A stretch of 39,572 nucleotides of DNA from positions 1-39,572 of the forward strand of contig JAGVWA010000019.1 of the NCBI GenBank assembly GCA_018304505.1, in the 5' to 3' direction. Below the pieces are notes generated by a model. That model did no database searches, had not been told where the DNA came from, and was given only the letters and a program-made list of their open reading frames with translations. Positions 35,208 through 39,572 of the stretch are shown in pieces. This DNA is from Nanobdellati archaeon. GTDB lineage: Archaea; B1Sed10-29; JAGVWA01. Within the stretch, counting starts at the first letter, position 1. Each line of letters opens with the position of its first letter. The position numbers and the translations under genes are program-made.

Positions 35208-38200
35208 ACGCCGGCTTGCTGAGCAGGAATTGGGTTCCGCCTTGTTTTCTTGGCCCGCTTGGTGAGCTTGCTAGTAGCGATTTCGAGACCCGCACAGGCT
35301 CAATAGAGTCCTGTATCGATATTTCGAATGTGAAGAACGATGGCGATGCAGTAAAGGCGTTTACGGGTTTTCCTTTGCACGTGACGTTTGCCCCATTGGG
35401 CAGCGGCGTCCTTATTATCGTGAGGCCGTCGTCTGTGAGGCAGTTCATGCCGTTGTTTACTGAAAGCTCGATGTCTGCCAATGCGTCGTTGTCAATGTCA
35501 ATGAAGCGCGCTGTCTGTGATGACGACGAATAGTCCCAGAACAGGAAGACCTTGTCCACTAGGAGTGAGAATGCGGCCAGGTTTGTGCCGTCGAACGCCG
35601 ACTCTGTGTCGTTTACTGTATAAGTGTCAAACGCCGGGCTGTATTCAATGCCCTGCCCGTCAGCAACTAGGTTTGCGCGCACCTTTAAGTCGAATGGTAT
35701 ATCAACTCCCGCGAACTCCTGTGGAACGAGGTTTATGAAACCCGTAGCCAGCCCGCCCTTGACAGAGACGAAGTTGCTGCCTATTACTTGGAGGTCGCTG
35801 AAGAAGATTTCAATGGTAGCTTCTGGGTTGGCGGGTGTAACTACGGTTGAAACCCTGACGCCATTGCATGATGCTCCAGTGTAAGGCGCGCCGTTGCAGA
35901 GGAAGTTTATCGAGGAACCTGTTGAAACCATTTCGAAATCAATTGCGCCATTTTGGTCAAGGTCTATTGAACGCTTGTCATCCCCAAAGCCAATGGCGGC
36001 ACTCCAGAAAATGAAGATGTTGTTTGTTGTCGAGTCCTGCGCTGCGAAGTTGGTTCCAAAGTAGTTAGCTGGGTCCTTGTCCGTGTAAACGTCATCTGGT
36101 GCTATGAATTGCGCTTGGCCTCCAAACAAGCTCAATGAGGGGGCCTTTCTTAGAACGTGCGTAAACTCAGGAACAGGGCCTGCTGGTGCTGTTGATAGCT
36201 TAACCTTGTTTGCCGATGCCGGGTTACTCATTATGACAAAGTCCTGCGGCAACTGGCTTTTTGCAATGCCTACTTCCAAGGCACCCGGCGGCGTCGCGGT
36301 AGTTATTGCTACGCCGGCGCACGTTCCTGAGCCGAATATCTGCGTGCTTGTCGGTAAGCACGTTACCGTACTCATTACGGGATCAACACGCAACTCAAGC
36401 TCCGGCGTGCCGTCGTTGTTTAAATCGATGCGCCGTATCACGATTGAAGTGGGCGCCAGGGCGATTCCAATGGTGTCGCCTGTTGAGTAGAATGCTGCGA
36501 AGTCAGTGCCGAACCACTTTAGCGGATCTGGGATTATGGCCCCAACAGTGTAATCATCACTGGGCTCATATTCAATAAGTGAGCCATCAATTGTCACTAC
36601 CTTCGTTGCCAAGTTGAAGTCAAAGGTGGCTCCTGGCTCTGGAGCTGACAAGAGGTTGATTATGTTTGAAGATGAAGGTGTCGTGATAGCAACGTAATTT
36701 GAATTGAAAACGCCAGTAAGCTGGTCTATGGACAGGGCCAGTTCTACTCTGTTGCCGCTGACTGAGTAGCCAAAGCTCATGCCGCCACAACCCGCGAAGC
36801 TTGTTACTTGACTAGAGCCTGTGAATATGATCATTGATTCCGGTATGCAGAAAACCTCAGCATCACTGAAGGGGATAGATTTGATCCTTAGTTCAGGCGT
36901 GCCATCGTGATTGAAATCGATGTTCCGCTCTGAAGTACTTGGCCCTGACTCCAGATACACCTGTATCGCGTCTTCCAATGAGTTCAGCGCTGCAAGGTCT
37001 GTACCATCCCATGACGGCGCGTCCGGGGCTACTGATGCGTAATCATCAGAACTCAGGGCGTATCCATTTGTCGTGGCGTCTAGCGCAACTGGCCTTGTAA
37101 AGAGGCTGAAGTTGAACTCGTTTCCAGTTGGTGCCGGCCCGCCTGTGGGTTCGATCAGGTGCACTGCGTTCTGTGACACAGCTGCATCTGCGGATACCGT
37201 GATGCCGTTTGGCAGGAAGGCTGTGTCAAACGCAACTTCAACTGCGCCACCTGATTTTGCAAACATTATGCTAGTACCTGAACAGCTGTCAGGCGATGAG
37301 AACATGATTCTACCCGAGTCAGGTTCACACTTTAACGTGATATCAAATGGAATGGCTGCGCCGTCTCCTGTTAATTCAATAGAAACTACAACTGTATCTG
37401 GCGTACCACCGTAATTTATTTTCCTGAACCTGTCGTTCGGGTTGCCGCTGTAGTACAGCGCTATATCATCATTAGGGAAGTCAAATGCCGCATAGTCCTG
37501 CGACAGCCACGCGGCGGCGTCTGGTAATACCAATGTGTAATCATCTGATGCCGTATATTCTGTCGTGGCCGCATCGAGCGTTACAACCCTCGCGGCAAGC
37601 GTGTGGTTTAGCACTACTTGGCCAGGGGCTGCTCCGGGCCTGATAAGCTTTACCTTGTTGCTCGATGAGGGATTTGAAACCAAGATGAAGCTTCCTGGCA
37701 GCGTTACTGAAGTTAATTTCATTTCAATGATGTTGCTGTTCTGCTGGAAAAATACCTGGACGCCGGCGCATGAGTCTCCAGACATGCTGAAGCCAGGCGA
37801 TGCTGGGCAGCTAACTGAAGAGGAGCCTATAGAATCTGAAAAGAGTGATAAGTCATCTGCGTTATCGTTGTTGAAATCGACGCCCCTCATTTTAGCCCCA
37901 TCAACGGACTGGAAGAACATGAATACGTCTCCAGATGTGGCGTCTGACGCTGCGAACTCCTCGTGTCCAGGTGTAACTCCCGCCCAATCCATTGCGTCTG
38001 GCACAACTGTATAATACCGGTCGCCCGCATCATAGTCCCCTGGTGTGGCATCAAGGGATAGTGATTTTTCCACAAGCGTGAAATCGAATGTCGCCCCTGG
38101 GGCCCCAGCGCCACTTGCCTGCAATGTCAAAATCTCCGCAGATGATGGTGTCGAAAGTTTTACAAAGTCGAATGGCAACGTTGCCCTGTCAAGGAACACC

Positions 38201-39177
38201 TCAACTGATGCCCCTGCTAGCGAATATCTAACTATTGTACCCGCACATGGGTTCCCTGAAATAAAAAATGTATCCGATGGGCATGAGACCTGCCCCCCAA
38301 ATGTGAAATCCGAGATTATAGCAAAATCATAAGTTCCATCATTGTTGAAATCAACCCGCCTCTCGACAGTCGATGCGCCGCCATTGATGAACATCATTAT
38401 GTCCCCGGTCGCGGTGCCCTCTGCTGCAAAGTCAATGCCACCCGTCCATCCTACAAAATCAGATGCGGCCTGCGTGAAAGTGTCATCTGGAGAGAGGTAT
38501 TCTGATGACAATCCGTCTAGTGCCCCTGTTCTCATGTTCAGGTTGAACGTGCTAGTACCACCGCCGGCTGCTGCTGTTTTTAATTGTATCCTGTCATTGC
38601 TAGGGTCAGCCGGGTTTGTCACTGTTACGAAATCCGCGCCATACGCGCTCTGGATACTTGCCCGATCTATTAGTACTTCGACGCCGCTTGAGATCTGCAT
38701 TTCTACTGTCACACCGCCACAAGTATTGGTGCCTGGAGTCAATACGGTTATTAAAGCGCCGTCTTCGCACCGTGCCTCTGTAATAAATGATGCTGTGTCC
38801 TGCACAAGTCTTAGCTTGGTGCTTGAGCTTGCGCCGAATTCAACAATGCGCACATCCGAACCGGGTGATGAAAGGAAAATCGCGACCTTGTTGCTCGCCG
38901 GAACATTGGCCGCCCTGTCAGTAGCCGTCCACGCTGCGGGGTTTGACACACTGGCTGCATAATTGTCTTGAGGCTGGTATTCAAAAGGTGATCCATCAAG
39001 GCTTACTGGCCTGTCATTAAGCGTGAATACTATCGGGGTCTGGAAAAAAATGCTGGTGAAGAAACCGCTGAGCGGATTCGGGGATGTTCCGAAAAGCAGT
39101 GACGCGATGATGATTACTGATAAAACAGCTGTTGCCGCCACAATAATTGGTTGTGCTTGCCCTTTTTTTCCAGTCAT
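35173..39177 (-). CDS. 1334-aa class III signal peptide protein made of 8 tandem DxNxDG modules
   Basis: MTGKKG|QA plus a hydrophobic helix; eight ~150-165-aa modules separated by Pro/Gly/Ala linkers; SD-like GGAG upstream. Confidence 0.9.
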   Translation of the reverse strand: MTGKKGQAQPIIVAATAVLSVIIIASLLFGTSPNPLSGFFTSIFFQTPIVFTLNDRPVSLDGSPFEYQPQDNYAASVSNPAAWTATDRAANVPASNKVAIFLSSPGSDVRIVEFGASSSTKLRLVQDTASFITEARCEDGALITVLTPGTNTCGGVTVEMQISSGVEVLIDRASIQSAYGADFVTVTNPADPSNDRIQLKTAAAGGGTSTFNLNMRTGALDGLSSEYLSPDDTFTQAASDFVGWTGGIDFAAEGTATGDIMMFINGGASTVERRVDFNNDGTYDFAIISDFTFGGQVSCPSDTFFISGNPCAGTIVRYSLAGASVEVFLDRATLPFDFVKLSTPSSAEILTLQASGAGAPGATFDFTLVEKSLSLDATPGDYDAGDRYYTVVPDAMDWAGVTPGHEEFAASDATSGDVFMFFQSVDGAKMRGVDFNNDNADDLSLFSDSIGSSSVSCPASPGFSMSGDSCAGVQVFFQQNSNIIEMKLTSVTLPGSFILVSNPSSSNKVKLIRPGAAPGQVVLNHTLAARVVTLDAATTEYTASDDYTLVLPDAAAWLSQDYAAFDFPNDDIALYYSGNPNDRFRKINYGGTPDTVVVSIELTGDGAAIPFDITLKCEPDSGRIMFSSPDSCSGTSIMFAKSGGAVEVAFDTAFLPNGITVSADAAVSQNAVHLIEPTGGPAPTGNEFNFSLFTRPVALDATTNGYALSSDDYASVAPDAPSWDGTDLAALNSLEDAIQVYLESGPSTSERNIDFNHDGTPELRIKSIPFSDAEVFCIPESMIIFTGSSQVTSFAGCGGMSFGYSVSGNRVELALSIDQLTGVFNSNYVAITTPSSSNIINLLSAPEPGATFDFNLATKVVTIDGSLIEYEPSDDYTVGAIIPDPLKWFGTDFAAFYSTGDTIGIALAPTSIVIRRIDLNNDGTPELELRVDPVMSTVTCLPTSTQIFGSGTCAGVAITTATPPGALEVGIAKSQLPQDFVIMSNPASANKVKLSTAPAGPVPEFTHVLRKAPSLSLFGGQAQFIAPDDVYTDKDPANYFGTNFAAQDSTTNNIFIFWSAAIGFGDDKRSIDLDQNGAIDFEMVSTGSSINFLCNGAPYTGASCNGVRVSTVVTPANPEATIEIFFSDLQVIGSNFVSVKGGLATGFINLVPQEFAGVDIPFDLKVRANLVADGQGIEYSPAFDTYTVNDTESAFDGTNLAAFSLLVDKVFLFWDYSSSSQTARFIDIDNDALADIELSVNNGMNCLTDDGLTIIRTPLPNGANVTCKGKPVNAFTASPSFFTFEISIQDSIEPVRVSKSLLASSPSGPRKQGGTQFLLSKPAFARRLRSISWN

Positions 39178-39236
39178 TCCGCGCGTCTCCGTTTTGTCTC
39201 CATTAGTGAGTACTTACATTCTTTGCTCGAGCAATC

Positions 39237-39277
39237 TATTTAAAACTACTTAGGCAAAACAGAATGAGTATATAAAC
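39237..39277 (-). promoter_or_regulatory. Two candidate TATA boxes for the 1334-aa gene
   Basis: TTTTAAATA (39237-39245) and GTTTATATA (39269-39277) on the minus strand. Confidence 0.45.
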
Positions 39278-39478
39278 GTTTTGCCGGCTAGATTATTTCA
39301 AATTCTGCAGGCCCGCTAACTGGGGAGTAAGCAGAAATCGATTTTTCGTTGTATGGGTACGCGATAATGAAACGAATTTTGGCTGGCTTCACAGCATTGC
39401 CCGCGCAACTGACACGCCGTGTGCTCTTTTTTATCAACACGCAGTCTTGCTCAATCATTACTCACCCAACCAAGTTTA

Positions 39479-39494
39479 AACTGGTTGCAACCAG
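39479..39494. promoter_or_regulatory. 14-bp perfect palindrome related to the 10760 palindrome
   Basis: aa-ctggttgcaaccag versus aa-ctagttgcaactag. Confidence 0.5.
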
Positions 39495-39572
39495 CGAATG
39501 TTGCAAAATCTATTTATTCTAGTTTGAGCAAAATAAAAGCATGGATAACAAAATATTCGACGAAACGAACAG

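Noticed and set aside
25725-39040. FG-GAP/integrin propeller or dockerin assignment for the DxNxDG motifs
   Set aside because: The motifs occur once per ~150-aa module rather than every ~55-60 aa or as paired dockerin loops.
14105-39253. Numerous plus-strand ORFs up to 318 aa antisense to the large genes
   Set aside because: These are shadow frames produced by Thr/Asp/Asn-rich codon bias; their Val/Ser-rich translations show no recognisable motifs.
39368-39522. About 51-aa plus-strand ORF (MKRILAGF...)
   Set aside because: Short, with no recognisable motif, and it overlaps a probable regulatory palindrome; it cannot be supported.

Overview
Archaeal window (DPANN-like by gene content and signal-peptide style; the taxon is my inference) in which roughly 88% of the DNA encodes secreted or surface proteins, nearly all on the minus strand. 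Housekeeping genes are taw3, pelota and apgM. A hicAB toxin-antitoxin cassette sits between two perfect 43-bp direct repeats that duplicate the putative apgM promoter. A 2003-aa multi-Ig glycoprotein is paired with a PGF-pre-PGF membrane-anchored protein. The main feature is a cluster (about 12.9-39.2 kb) with a 1334-aa protein whose last module is frameshifted, a 6853-aa giant protein and two small pilin-like proteins. Both large proteins begin with class III (prepilin-type, KG|Q) signal peptides and share about 24 copies of a ~150-aa DxNxDG/two-Cys module. Read by eye, the giant protein is built by recursive domain insertion up to four levels deep: modules within modules, modules within Ig domains, and a propeller within LamG within a beta-sandwich within a host domain. 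This predicts a branched, tree-like adhesin rather than a linear chain. Domain names and boundaries come from motif recognition, not database searches, so they are approximate.
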